Shown here piece by piece: positions 10,045 through 19,099 of a DNA stretch of 37,329 nt. Under the pieces are notes generated by a model. That model did no database searches. It was not told the DNA's origin and saw nothing but the letters and a program-made list of their open reading frames with translations. This stretch comes from Planctomycetota bacterium. Its GTDB lineage: Bacteria; Planctomycetota; PUPC01. How positions within the stretch are numbered: the stretch's first letter is position 1; each line of letters opens with the position of its first letter. The DNA is taken from positions 1 to 37,329 of the forward strand of contig PUPC01000132.1 in assembly GCA_003553185.1 (NCBI GenBank). The letters are read 5' to 3'. Both the position numbers and the translations under genes were made by a program.

Positions 10045-11334
10045 TCATTTCAGTGCCGTCGTGATCGCCAGCTTGTTCGCACCGTCAACAAACAGGATCG
10101 GTTCGCCTTCGCGAGCCCAGCGCGATACCAGGCCCGTTGCGTTGGAACAGGCGATCAGCCCGGTCCCATCAAGCGTGGAAGAGGGAAGGGCGGTCGTCAC
10201 GTAAAGACCGGTAAGGCGCAACAGCATCTCGTGGAACAGGACGGCCTTGTGGCCGAACATGACATATTTCGCCCGGACGGTCCTTGCATAGGAGGCGGCA
10301 TCGCCTTTCAGCGGAGCGAAAAAGTTCTCGGCCGTCCGCTCGGACGCCGCCACGCCGTTGCGGCATTCGGCCAGCCACAACACCTCGGCCCCGTCGGCCA
10401 CACACTCCTTCGTCAACTCCAGCGAGCGCTGGGCGGTATAGAGTGTCTCGTCGTGCGGATATCCCCCGCAACTGATGACCGCCCTGCGATACGGTCGGTC
10501 CACGGCCACGGTCAAAGCGGCGTCTACCTGTCGTATCCCCTCTGCCACCACTTGCTCCAGGGGGCCGAACCGGGCCCAACGGGTGTTTCCGTCATCGCCG
10601 ACCGACGCCAGGGCAAAGACAGGTCGTTTGTCCGCCACAATCCGGGCGGCCTCCAACTGATTGCGAGCGACCGGATTGTCCCGGCGGGATGGGTCCGGGT
10701 GCAGCGGATGCCGGCAGGCGGCAGCCCCGGGCTGAAGAGTCAAAGCGTGGTCCTGCTCGACGGTTTCGTATCGGGCCAGACCGGGGAGGAGGAACTTGGC
10801 GGGGTTCGAGTATCCGGCGAAGTAATGCGGCTTCATCTCCGACACGATGCAGATGACGTCGGCCGACTCGATCCATCGATTGAGTACGACCGAAACGTCG
10901 AAGCTCGTCCGGTCCAGGTCAACCGACGGGCTCGACCGGCAGTCGTGGGCCCCGGCATCCACCAGCGGGAGCCGCTCCCGGCTGCACACATCCTCGACCA
11001 TCTTCAGGATGTGACAGTTGTCGGGGGTGTCCGCCCGGTGTGTCCCGGTGGAGATCAGGACTCTTATCGACCGGGCCGCTCGAAGCACCTGTGCCAATGC
11101 AGACAGTCCGGCCCGGTTCGGCTGATCGCGAGTGCCGTCGGCCAGGAGCACCAGCACGTCCTTCCCGGCAAAACCAGCATCGGCCTCTGCACTTGCCCGT
11201 TCAACAGCTTTTGCCAGGGACAATCGAGCGGGCTCCCCCTTGTCCAGTCGCGGCGGACGGACGACCTGTCCCACACACTCGTCTGGGACGTCAAACGCTA
11301 TCCGTCCGTCGCCATAGCCAAGCGAAATCCGCAT
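10045..11334 (-). CDS. LarA-superfamily (nickel-pincer lactate racemase-like) protein (429 aa)
   Basis: N-terminal L.YG; DGTR; STGTHR; PHYFAGYSNPAK.LLPG; SCGGYP.D..LY; AEC..G; start chosen after GAGGCAGAGAG. Confidence 0.82.
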   Translation of the reverse strand: MRISLGYGDGRIAFDVPDECVGQVVRPPRLDKGEPARLSLAKAVERASAEADAGFAGKDVLVLLADGTRDQPNRAGLSALAQVLRAARSIRVLISTGTHRADTPDNCHILKMVEDVCSRERLPLVDAGAHDCRSSPSVDLDRTSFDVSVVLNRWIESADVICIVSEMKPHYFAGYSNPAKFLLPGLARYETVEQDHALTLQPGAAACRHPLHPDPSRRDNPVARNQLEAARIVADKRPVFALASVGDDGNTRWARFGPLEQVVAEGIRQVDAALTVAVDRPYRRAVISCGGYPHDETLYTAQRSLELTKECVADGAEVLWLAECRNGVAASERTAENFFAPLKGDAASYARTVRAKYVMFGHKAVLFHEMLLRLTGLYVTTALPSSTLDGTGLIACSNATGLVSRWAREGEPILFVDGANKLAITTALK

Positions 11335-11464
11335 CTCTCTGCCTCTCGCCCCGTAATCCTGAACTTCTATTCTACGACAAACTCGCAACCTTTGCAGTCA
11401 ATCGTTGGTCGGAAGAAAACAGACCGGGGAAACCAGAAGGCGGAAGAAACTCGGTGATTCGTCC

Positions 11465-11494
11465 TTGACATCCCTTCGTGGTTGGGTCTACACT
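11465..11494 (+). promoter_or_regulatory. sigma70-type promoter for the lipoprotein peptidase
   Basis: TTGACA (11465-11470), N18, TACACT (11489-11494). Confidence 0.6.
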
Positions 11495-11556
11495 AGCCCG
11501 AAGAAAAATATACAGCGAACCAGCATCCATTATCCACCCGTCTGGTAATCAACCAC

Positions 11557-12345
11557 GTGACTCGTTTTATTCCGGCGGCCACCTGTTGCCTGTATCTGTG
11601 TTTCTTCGTCGGCTGCGCACCGACGATGCCGTCAACCCGCTTCGACGGCGAGTTGGTAACGCTCAATGCCGATGTTCCGCCCGCCGACGGTCGCCGCCTG
11701 ACGGAGTTTGCCGACTCCTTTCTCGTGGAGGTGAGCCGAAAGCTCGACGCCGAACCACCCGCGCCCTCCGTGTACGTGTTTGGCCGACGGCGGGACCTCC
11801 GCCGGTTCCTCCGCCGTGAATCCCCCGCCTTCGCCAAGCGAACGGGTGCCTGTTTTGTGTCCGAAGACGGGGACGTCATCATCGCTCTCCGGGCATCTCG
11901 GAACGGGCAGCCAGCCCTCGACTCACTTCGGCATGAATTGACCCACGCGGTGGTCGCTGCTAATTTCGCGCGCCCGATGCCGTGGCTGGACGAAGGCCTG
12001 GCCCAGTGCCTGGAGGAGGGGATGCCGCCCGGGGAACCGGCAGAGGTGCTCGATGAGCTCGCCGCTATGGACGACATCGAGGACCGCATCCTCCGGGTCG
12101 TGTCGATTACCGAACACGCCGATCTGACCGCGACCGACTATCGAGTGGCGTGGGGCTTGACGTGGTTTCTTATCCAGGATGGCGGGTATGGATGGCAGGC
12201 GATTCGGCGCTGTCTTGAACCGCCGGAGTTCGGAGAGACGCCGGCGCAGCGATTGGCTCGGGGGCTCGGTCTCGGACCGGAACCGATCGCCCGCAGTTTC
12301 AAGATTTTCCTGGAGCGCCGCAACGAACGCTCGTTGGGCGATTAA
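11557..12345 (+). CDS. Putative lipoprotein with gluzincin zinc-metallopeptidase motif (peptidase MA/DUF1570-like), 262 aa
   Basis: Lipobox-like FVGC; HELTH followed by P.WLDEGLAQ; Y..AW. Confidence 0.75.
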   Translation: MTRFIPAATCCLYLCFFVGCAPTMPSTRFDGELVTLNADVPPADGRRLTEFADSFLVEVSRKLDAEPPAPSVYVFGRRRDLRRFLRRESPAFAKRTGACFVSEDGDVIIALRASRNGQPALDSLRHELTHAVVAANFARPMPWLDEGLAQCLEEGMPPGEPAEVLDELAAMDDIEDRILRVVSITEHADLTATDYRVAWGLTWFLIQDGGYGWQAIRRCLEPPEFGETPAQRLARGLGLGPEPIARSFKIFLERRNERSLGD

Positions 12346-12421
12346 CCCGCCGTCCCCCGGTCTTCTGTCGGCCCTTGCCCGCGATATGTCGTTGCGACGA
12401 CCGGGCCTACCAGAGTCCGCC

Positions 12422-15400
12422 TCAGTCGTACAACTCGGGCCAGGCCGCGCGTTCTTCGTCCTCGGGGAACCGAGTGAGCACATCCATCTCGACCACGGCG
12501 TTTTCGCTGGGCGGAGCTTCGTAGCGTTCGACGTTCTGGCGGACCGCGCGGAGTGCGTCACCGGGTTCAAGTGCCGACGTTGAGGGGATGACGGCGAGAG
12601 CGAAGAAGGTGAAGTCCGGGCGTGAAAAGGCAAAGCTGGTGATACGCCCGATCGGAACGCTGTCCTGGTCGATGACCGCGTGCCCCGGTCGAACGCTTCG
12701 CCGCCCCTGCCCGCGTACCCTGATAACCTTCTGGTTCGCACTGCTTACGCGGTCGATGTACGCCCGTCGTCCGATGAAAAACGGGACGTGGAACCTGGCG
12801 ATGAAACCGTAGCCCGCCTCGGTGATCGAGAGGCGGCACGGCCCCTCGAGCTCGTGCCCGAACAGCGGAAATCCCGCCTCGGTCCGTGTCGAATCGCGTG
12901 CGCCCAATCCCGCCGGGCGCACGCCGAGCGGCTCACCGGCCGCGAGCAAGGCGTCCCAGAGTTCGACGCAACGTGCCGGATGCACATAAAGCTCGAACCC
13001 GACCTCTTCGCCGGTGTAGCCGGTGGCCGCGAGCAAGCACTCGATCCCGGCCAGCCAGACCCGGATGAACCGATTCTGCTCCAGGCGCGGGATGGCGAAC
13101 CGATCTTTGGCATCCGCGGCGAGCCGACAGAGCACTGCGGCCGACTTCGGACCTTGCAGGGCGAGTCCGACGAGCCCATCCTCGCGCAGATTACGGATTT
13201 CGACGGGGGCTTCGATCTGCCTGGCGGGCAGCTCGCCGTCGATGGCCACCTCCCGCGAGTTGACCGCGTTCATCCAGTCCCAGTCCCGCTCGGCATTCGC
13301 GGCGTTTGCGACGAGCACAAAACGGTCGCGCTCCAACCGGTATATGTACAGGTCATCGATGGCGGTTCCGTCGGGATCAAGCATGTAGGTGTATTGGGCA
13401 TGACCGGGTTCAATACGCGAGACGCAGTTGGCGAGCACCGTGTCGAGGAAGCCGACGGCGTTCCGGCCGCGGATCTCGAACAGACTCATATGCGATATGT
13501 CGAACAGCCCGGCGGCGGTTCGGACCGCCGCGTGCTCGGCGAACACGCCGTCCGGATACTGCACGGGCATCTCCCACCCGGCGAACGGGGCCATCTTTGC
13601 GCCGAGGTCCTTGTGGGCCTGGTTCAGGAGTGTGCGGCGGACGGGCCTATCGGCCTCCTTGTATTCATAGGCCGGCTTCGGATCCGGTTGTGCCCGGGCG
13701 TACTCAGCGGTCTGTCCGATGAAATACGGTTTGGTCACATCCGCCGTCGGTTCCGGCAATTGATCCGGCAGGCAGTCCATGAGGCCTTCCGGCAGCGGCT
13801 CGATCACCGTCGGACCATCGACCTTGGCGTACAGGTCTTGCTCGTCGAACAACAGATATCCATCCGAGAGTGCGGCCACGTGTTCAACGACCGCACGGCC
13901 TTTGTCCTGACTGGTCAGCAATGCGAATTGTTCTTCCCGTCCGCACAGTCCCAGGTTGACGACGGCGACGTCGTCGATGACCGCCCCGTCGCTGCGCAGC
14001 ATCCTGCCTACCGCCGCTTCGCCGACCTCCAGGCACGCCGTGCGGCAGGTCAGCATTTGGCCCAACGCGAGCGAGACCTTGTCGCCGCGCAGAAGCCAGG
14101 CGGCACGGCCCAGATGGACCGGCGGCTCGCAAGAAGAAGCGGGCGTTTTCGGCTCGGGAGGGTAGGGCAGGGCGCTTACGATTTTTCGGACGCGCTCTGC
14201 GGCCGCTGGCAGGACGTCCTCCGGGACGCGCCCGCGGCAGCGCTCCTCGCCGGCGGGCACCCAAACCCGGGTGGTGTGGACGTTGCTGAGGACCGTCTTT
14301 ATGATCGACGCCAGCTCGGCGATCTGCGCACGGTTGATCCCCCGCTGTGTCGCCCAGGGCATACCCAGCCGAATCCCGCTCGCCTTGCCGCCCGTCTCGT
14401 CCCCCGGCAGGACGTTCTTGTTGCAGACGATTCCAGCGATCTCGAGCAGCCGGGATGCGATCTCGCCGTCGATCGGGACGGTGGGGTTCGGATGGTCGTC
14501 GAAACGCTTCAGGTCAATGAGCAGCAGGTGTGTGTCTGTGCCGCCGTATTCGAGCGTGAACCCCTCGGCTTCGAGTCGTTCGGCGAAGTACGCCGTGTTG
14601 TCGAGCACGGTCTGCTGCAGTTCGACGAACCGGTCGCGTTCCTGCTCGATGAGTTCGAACCGTCGGGCGATAGCGGCGATAGAATGCAGGTGCGGGCCGC
14701 CCTGCAGCCCGGGGAAAACACCCGCCTTGATCTTTTTGGCCAGCGTGGGATAGGTGGTCAAAATCACGGAGCCACGCGGGCCGAAGAGTGTCTTGTGTGT
14801 GGTGAACGTGACCGCGTGAACGTGGGGGAGGGGATTGTTGAGCAGGCCGGCCGCCACCATCCCCGCCAAGTGTGCGATGTCGGCCAGCACGAACGCCCCC
14901 ACTTCGTCGGCAACAGCTCGCAGTTCCGCCCAGTCGAAGTCCCATGGGTACGACGACGCCCCGCCGATGATCAGGCGCGGCTTATGCTCGCGAGCCAGCT
15001 CAGCGATGCGGTTATAATCGAGCCGGCGAGTCTCGGGGTCAATGCCGTAAGGGACCACGTTAAATGTTTTGCCTGAGTAGTTGAATTCGCTGCCGTGTGT
15101 CAGGTGCCCGCCGTGCGCGAGGTCCAGACTGAGTATGGTGTCCCCGTGTTCGAGGACCGCCTCATAGACGGCGGTATTCGCGGGCGAGCCGGAAAGTGCC
15201 TGGACGCAGACGTGGATGCCCTCGGGGGGCGGACTGCCCTCGAGTTTTGCGAAACACTCGGCGATGAACTTGTGCGCGAGCAGTTCGGCTCGATTCGCGT
15301 TGACGCAGCCGCGATAGTATCGTCCGTCGGCGAGCCGGGTCTGCCAACTCGCAAACCGAGCGGGGTCAGTCGCGCTGTCCCTCGGGTCGTGTAAAAGCGG

Positions 15401-15571
15401 GGGCTCCGGCTGCCCCTCGGCGTAGATGTTCGAGAAGGCCGAGGATTCGATCTCGGCGGCCCGCGGGTCGCAGATGCTTTCGGAGGGGATGAGCACCAGT
15501 TTCTGCCATTGCCGGCGGCGCTCGGCCTCGACAAGTTCGACGATCTCAGATGGCGGTTGAGGTTGGGACAT
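12422..15571 (-). CDS. glyA-gcvT: Serine hydroxymethyltransferase (GlyA) fused to glycine-cleavage aminomethyltransferase (GcvT), with an intervening GcvT-like segment (1049 aa)
   Basis: SHMT: LIPSE, YAEG, RYY, GGHLTHG, DIAH, TTHKTL.GPRG, FPGLQGGP, NKN, SGIRLG. GcvT: RRT.L...H..LGAKM.PFAGWEMPVQY, EH.AVR..AGLFDISHM, IDDL, ALQGP, TGYTGE..GFE, GLGARDS.R.EAG. ATG 15571 follows GGAG. Confidence 0.93.
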   Translation of the reverse strand: MSQPQPPSEIVELVEAERRRQWQKLVLIPSESICDPRAAEIESSAFSNIYAEGQPEPPLLHDPRDSATDPARFASWQTRLADGRYYRGCVNANRAELLAHKFIAECFAKLEGSPPPEGIHVCVQALSGSPANTAVYEAVLEHGDTILSLDLAHGGHLTHGSEFNYSGKTFNVVPYGIDPETRRLDYNRIAELAREHKPRLIIGGASSYPWDFDWAELRAVADEVGAFVLADIAHLAGMVAAGLLNNPLPHVHAVTFTTHKTLFGPRGSVILTTYPTLAKKIKAGVFPGLQGGPHLHSIAAIARRFELIEQERDRFVELQQTVLDNTAYFAERLEAEGFTLEYGGTDTHLLLIDLKRFDDHPNPTVPIDGEIASRLLEIAGIVCNKNVLPGDETGGKASGIRLGMPWATQRGINRAQIAELASIIKTVLSNVHTTRVWVPAGEERCRGRVPEDVLPAAAERVRKIVSALPYPPEPKTPASSCEPPVHLGRAAWLLRGDKVSLALGQMLTCRTACLEVGEAAVGRMLRSDGAVIDDVAVVNLGLCGREEQFALLTSQDKGRAVVEHVAALSDGYLLFDEQDLYAKVDGPTVIEPLPEGLMDCLPDQLPEPTADVTKPYFIGQTAEYARAQPDPKPAYEYKEADRPVRRTLLNQAHKDLGAKMAPFAGWEMPVQYPDGVFAEHAAVRTAAGLFDISHMSLFEIRGRNAVGFLDTVLANCVSRIEPGHAQYTYMLDPDGTAIDDLYIYRLERDRFVLVANAANAERDWDWMNAVNSREVAIDGELPARQIEAPVEIRNLREDGLVGLALQGPKSAAVLCRLAADAKDRFAIPRLEQNRFIRVWLAGIECLLAATGYTGEEVGFELYVHPARCVELWDALLAAGEPLGVRPAGLGARDSTRTEAGFPLFGHELEGPCRLSITEAGYGFIARFHVPFFIGRRAYIDRVSSANQKVIRVRGQGRRSVRPGHAVIDQDSVPIGRITSFAFSRPDFTFFALAVIPSTSALEPGDALRAVRQNVERYEAPPSENAVVEMDVLTRFPEDEERAAWPELYD

Positions 15572-15597
15572 AGTCGGCTCCGCAGTCAGAGGGGTTT

Positions 15598-17037
15598 TTA
15601 CAGCAACGCCAGATCGAGCTCGCGTGCGGCGCCGTACTCGTCGATGCGAGTGACGGGGGCATTTACCGGTGCGCGGCGCAGGGCCTCCGGGTCGGATTCG
15701 GCCAGTCGGGCCAGTTCGATCATCGCGTCGCAGAAGGCGTCGAGCGTCTCCTTGCTCTCGGTCTCGGTCGGCTCGATCATCATCGCCTCTTTCACGATGA
15801 GCGGGAAATAAACGGTCGGCGGATGGAACCCGCGGTCTATCAGCCCCTTCGCGATATCGAGGGCGGAGACATCGTTCTTCCGAACGGCGGACAGCACGCA
15901 CTCGTGCATGCATTGTTCGCCGAAAGGGACCTCATAGTAGTCGCGGAGTCGGGCGAGCACATAGTTGGCGTTGAGCACCGCGTGCTCGGCCACCTCGATC
16001 AGCCCCTCGCGGCCGAGGGCCAGGATGTATGCATAAGCCCTGACCAGCACGGCGAAATTGCCGTAGAACGGGGCGATATAGCCAATCGTTCGCTTATTGT
16101 CATATCGGAGGCGATAGGTGTTGTCCGGCTCCTTCTCGACTGTGGAGATGGGCAGATATTCGACCAGGTGTTCCGCCACGCCGACCGGTCCGGCGCCCGG
16201 TCCGCCCCCGCCGTGTGGTGTGCCGAACGTTTTGTGGAGGTTCAGGTGTACCACGTCGAACCCGAGGTCGCCCGGCCGGCTCTTTCCCAGTATCGCATTC
16301 AGGTTTGCTCCATCGTAGTACATCAGGCCACCCGCCTCGTGGGTGAGGTCGGCGATCTCTTTCACGTGCGGGTTGAACAGGCCCAGCGTGTTCGGGCAGG
16401 TGAGCATCACGGCGGCGACCCGGTCGTCGAGCGCGTCGCGGAACGCATCGAGGCCCATGAAGCCGTTCTCGTCGGAGGGGACCGGCACCACCTTGAATCC
16501 GCCGATGGCCGCGCTCGCCGGGTTCGTACCGTGGGCGGAATCGGGCACAATGATGGTGGTCTTCTTGTCGCCGTGGGCACGGTGGAAGGCGGCGATCAGC
16601 ATGATCCCCGTCAACTCGCCGTGCGAACCGGCCAGCGGCTGCATTGTGAACCGGGCCATACCGGTGATTTCGCAGAGATGTCGTTCGAGCTCGTGGATGA
16701 CTCGCAGTGCCCCCTGGGTGAGCGTCTCGCCGCCGGGAAGCTGGGGGAGCAGGGGATGTAATTCGCGAAAGCCGTCATAGTCCCCGACCGCCTCGGCCAT
16801 CTTGGGGTTGTATTTCATCGTGCAGGACCCGAGGGGGTAGAACCCGCAATCGACTCCGAAGTTTCGGCGCGACAGCTCGGTGAAATGTCGGACGACCTCG
16901 AGCTCCGAGACCTCGGGCAGGGCGGCATCCTCGGAGCGGATCAGCGAGTTGGGAAGGTCGTGTTCCACGGGCACGTCGCATTCGGGTACGCTCGCCCCGG
17001 TACGCCCCGGTGCCCCTTTTTCGAAGATGAGTTTCAC
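15598..17037 (-). CDS. gcvPB: Glycine dehydrogenase (decarboxylating) subunit 2
   Basis: YPLGSCTMKYNPK, SAHGTNPASA, PLP-lysine motif HLNLHKTFGTPHGGGGPG, IEPTETE; GTG start overlaps the gcvPA stop. Confidence 0.96.
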   Translation of the reverse strand: MKLIFEKGAPGRTGASVPECDVPVEHDLPNSLIRSEDAALPEVSELEVVRHFTELSRRNFGVDCGFYPLGSCTMKYNPKMAEAVGDYDGFRELHPLLPQLPGGETLTQGALRVIHELERHLCEITGMARFTMQPLAGSHGELTGIMLIAAFHRAHGDKKTTIIVPDSAHGTNPASAAIGGFKVVPVPSDENGFMGLDAFRDALDDRVAAVMLTCPNTLGLFNPHVKEIADLTHEAGGLMYYDGANLNAILGKSRPGDLGFDVVHLNLHKTFGTPHGGGGPGAGPVGVAEHLVEYLPISTVEKEPDNTYRLRYDNKRTIGYIAPFYGNFAVLVRAYAYILALGREGLIEVAEHAVLNANYVLARLRDYYEVPFGEQCMHECVLSAVRKNDVSALDIAKGLIDRGFHPPTVYFPLIVKEAMMIEPTETESKETLDAFCDAMIELARLAESDPEALRRAPVNAPVTRIDEYGAARELDLALL

Positions 17038-18395
17038 AGTGCGGCCTCCAGTTCGTCGGCCAGTTTGTCAATCTCCGCCCTGGTCCGCTTCTCGGTCACG
17101 GCGACCAGCAGGCAGTCGCGCAACGAGGGAAAATAAGCACCGAGCGGAAAGCCCGCCGCAATTCCATGCTTGAGCAGCGGGGCGACCACCTCGGCCGTGT
17201 CATCCACGGGCAGTCGCACGGCGAACTCGTTGAACGTGGGGGCATCCGACAGCAGCTCGACTCCGGGAATTCCCGTGAGGCGTCGCCGGGCATACCGGGC
17301 GGTCGCCGCACAGGTCGTCGCCACCTGTTTCAGGCCGTGTTTGCCGAGGAGCGACAGGTAGATCACGGCCCGGAGGGCGCAGAGGGCTTCGTTCGAGCAG
17401 ATGTTTGAGGTGGCCTTCTCGCGGCGAATATGCTGCTCGCGGGCCTGGAGCGTCATTACGAACCCACGGCGGCCCTCCGTATCTCGAGCCGCGCCGATGA
17501 TCCTGCCCGGCATCTTCCGCACGTGCTTCTTTTTCGCCGCCATAAAGCCGAGGTAGGGGCCTCCGAACGAAAGCGGCAGCCCCAAGCTCTGCCCTTCGCC
17601 GGTCACGATGTCGAACCCCATTTCGCCGGGCGATTTCAGCAGCCCCAGCGAGATGGGATAAACCGAGGCGACGGCCAGGGCCCCGGAATTGTGCGCCGCC
17701 TCGACCAGGTCGGAAAAGTCGTCGACCACGCCGAAGAAATTGGGGTTCTGAAAGATCACGGCGGCGGTCTGATCGTCCAGCGCGTCCAACAGCCGCACGC
17801 GGTCGGTCCTGTTGATCGCGGGTTCGATAGTCTCCAGCTCGATGTCGAGTTCGCGCACATACGACTCGATCATCTTTCGGTAGATGGGGCTTACGCACCC
17901 GTCGATCACCACTTTGCTCCGGCGGGTGACTCGGGCGGCCATCATCATCGCCTCGTACAGGCCCGTGCCGCCATCGTAGAGCGACGCGTTCGCCACTTCC
18001 AGTCCGGTCAGACGGCAGACGGCCGACTGATATTCGTACATCGCCTGGAGGAAACCCTGTGACATTTCGGCCTGGTACGGGGTGTAGGCGGTGTAAAACT
18101 CTGACCGGCCGGCGAGGGCATCGACCGCCGACGGGATGAAGTGGTCGTAGAACCCGCCGCCCAGGAACGTGACCACATCGGTCGCGTTCGCGTCGGCGAA
18201 CTCCCGGAGCCGATTCCGCACGGCCATCTCGGAGCGCCCGGGCGGAAGATCGAAAAACGGCGTGGATCCGTCGGGATCATCCACGTCGGTTCGGAGGGCG
18301 GACGGGATAACCGAGAACAGGTCAGCGATGGAGCTGGCACCGATCGTTTCGAGCATCTCCCGACGCTCGGCGTCGGTATGGGGGACATAGGACAT
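17034..18395 (-). CDS. gcvPA: Glycine dehydrogenase (decarboxylating) subunit 1
   Basis: MSYVPHT, EFYTAYTPYQAEMSQG, NASLYDG, GGPYLG, TLQAREQHIRREKATSNICSN. Confidence 0.96.
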   Translation of the reverse strand: MSYVPHTDAERREMLETIGASSIADLFSVIPSALRTDVDDPDGSTPFFDLPPGRSEMAVRNRLREFADANATDVVTFLGGGFYDHFIPSAVDALAGRSEFYTAYTPYQAEMSQGFLQAMYEYQSAVCRLTGLEVANASLYDGGTGLYEAMMMAARVTRRSKVVIDGCVSPIYRKMIESYVRELDIELETIEPAINRTDRVRLLDALDDQTAAVIFQNPNFFGVVDDFSDLVEAAHNSGALAVASVYPISLGLLKSPGEMGFDIVTGEGQSLGLPLSFGGPYLGFMAAKKKHVRKMPGRIIGAARDTEGRRGFVMTLQAREQHIRREKATSNICSNEALCALRAVIYLSLLGKHGLKQVATTCAATARYARRRLTGIPGVELLSDAPTFNEFAVRLPVDDTAEVVAPLLKHGIAAGFPLGAYFPSLRDCLLVAVTEKRTRAEIDKLADELEAAL

Positions 18396-18400
18396 GTCGG

Positions 18401-18799
18401 TCAGGAGCTTTCCGTTTTAAGCAGCGCCCGGTATTGATCCGGCGAGAGCAGTTCAGCGAGGTCCGCATCGGGAACGTCGGCGAGCTTACACAGCCAGCCG
18501 TCGTGATAAGGGCTCTCGTTCACACGGTTCGGTTCTTCTTCGAGTAGGGCGTTGACTTCAATCACCGTACCGCTGACAGGGGCATAGATATCGCTCGCCG
18601 CCTTGAGCGATTCGACAACGGCGAACTCCTCTCCCTGCACGACATCAGCGTCCACGGCGGGCAGTTCAACGAACGTTACCTCGCCTAGGGCGTCCTGGGC
18701 GTAGTCGGTAATCCCGAGCGTTGCTGTGTTGCCATTGACACGAATCCACTCGTGCTCGGCCGTATAAAGAATTTCGTCGGGGACATCCACATCAGTCAT
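18401..18799 (-). CDS. gcvH: Glycine cleavage system H protein (132 aa)
   Basis: YT.EHEW, GITDYAQ..LG, lipoyl motif VESLKAAS, N.SPY..GW; RBS GGAGGAGG 6 nt upstream of ATG 18799. Confidence 0.96.
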   Translation of the reverse strand: MTDVDVPDEILYTAEHEWIRVNGNTATLGITDYAQDALGEVTFVELPAVDADVVQGEEFAVVESLKAASDIYAPVSGTVIEVNALLEEEPNRVNESPYHDGWLCKLADVPDADLAELLSPDQYRALLKTESS

Positions 18800-18827
18800 T
18801 TTCATCCTCCTCCAAAGGGTTATGCCA

Positions 18828-18857
18828 AGTCTACTCGTCACAGCCGGGACATGTCAA
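18828..18857 (-). promoter_or_regulatory. sigma70-type promoter of the gcv operon
   Basis: TTGACA (18857-18852), N18, TAGACT (18833-18828). Confidence 0.6.
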
Positions 18858-19016
18858 GTCACGGCCTCCGCCAACAAGTGGGTTCTCGTAGCGATATCGA
18901 TTGGAGGATCCGGCACGAATAACCGGGCTTTTTCGTTCGAATAGGGGCGGCTCTCATGCATCAAACGCGGGCGAGACGCCGGCCCGGGCAAGGTGCCCCA
19001 ATCACCGCCATTCCCA

Positions 19017-19044
19017 ACGTCCGATAATCATTCTTATGGGAAGT
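19017..19044. other. dif-like Xer recombination site candidate
   Basis: ACGTCCGATAA-TCATTC-TTATGGGAAGT: 11-6-11 layout with the ATAA-N6-TTAT core of dif sites; intergenic. Confidence 0.62.
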
Positions 19045-19070
19045 TCGGCCTGGGAATGTCGCAATTCCGC

Positions 19071-19099
19071 TTGACAAGGTCCCTGGCTCATGGGATAAC
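19071..19099 (+). promoter_or_regulatory. Possible promoter for the 60-aa zinc protein
   Basis: TTGACA (19071-19076), N17, weak -10 GATAAC preceded by TG. Confidence 0.4.

Noticed and set aside
12680-15076. 798-aa plus-strand ORF opposite glyA-gcvT; likewise 10231-11457, 19384-20475, 21208-22449 and 23856-25259
   Set aside because: They overlap well-supported genes on the other strand and show no protein family signal.
18800-19010. Glycine riboswitch upstream of gcvH
   Set aside because: The predicted -10 is only about 28 nt from the start codon, and no tandem aptamer motifs were recognised.
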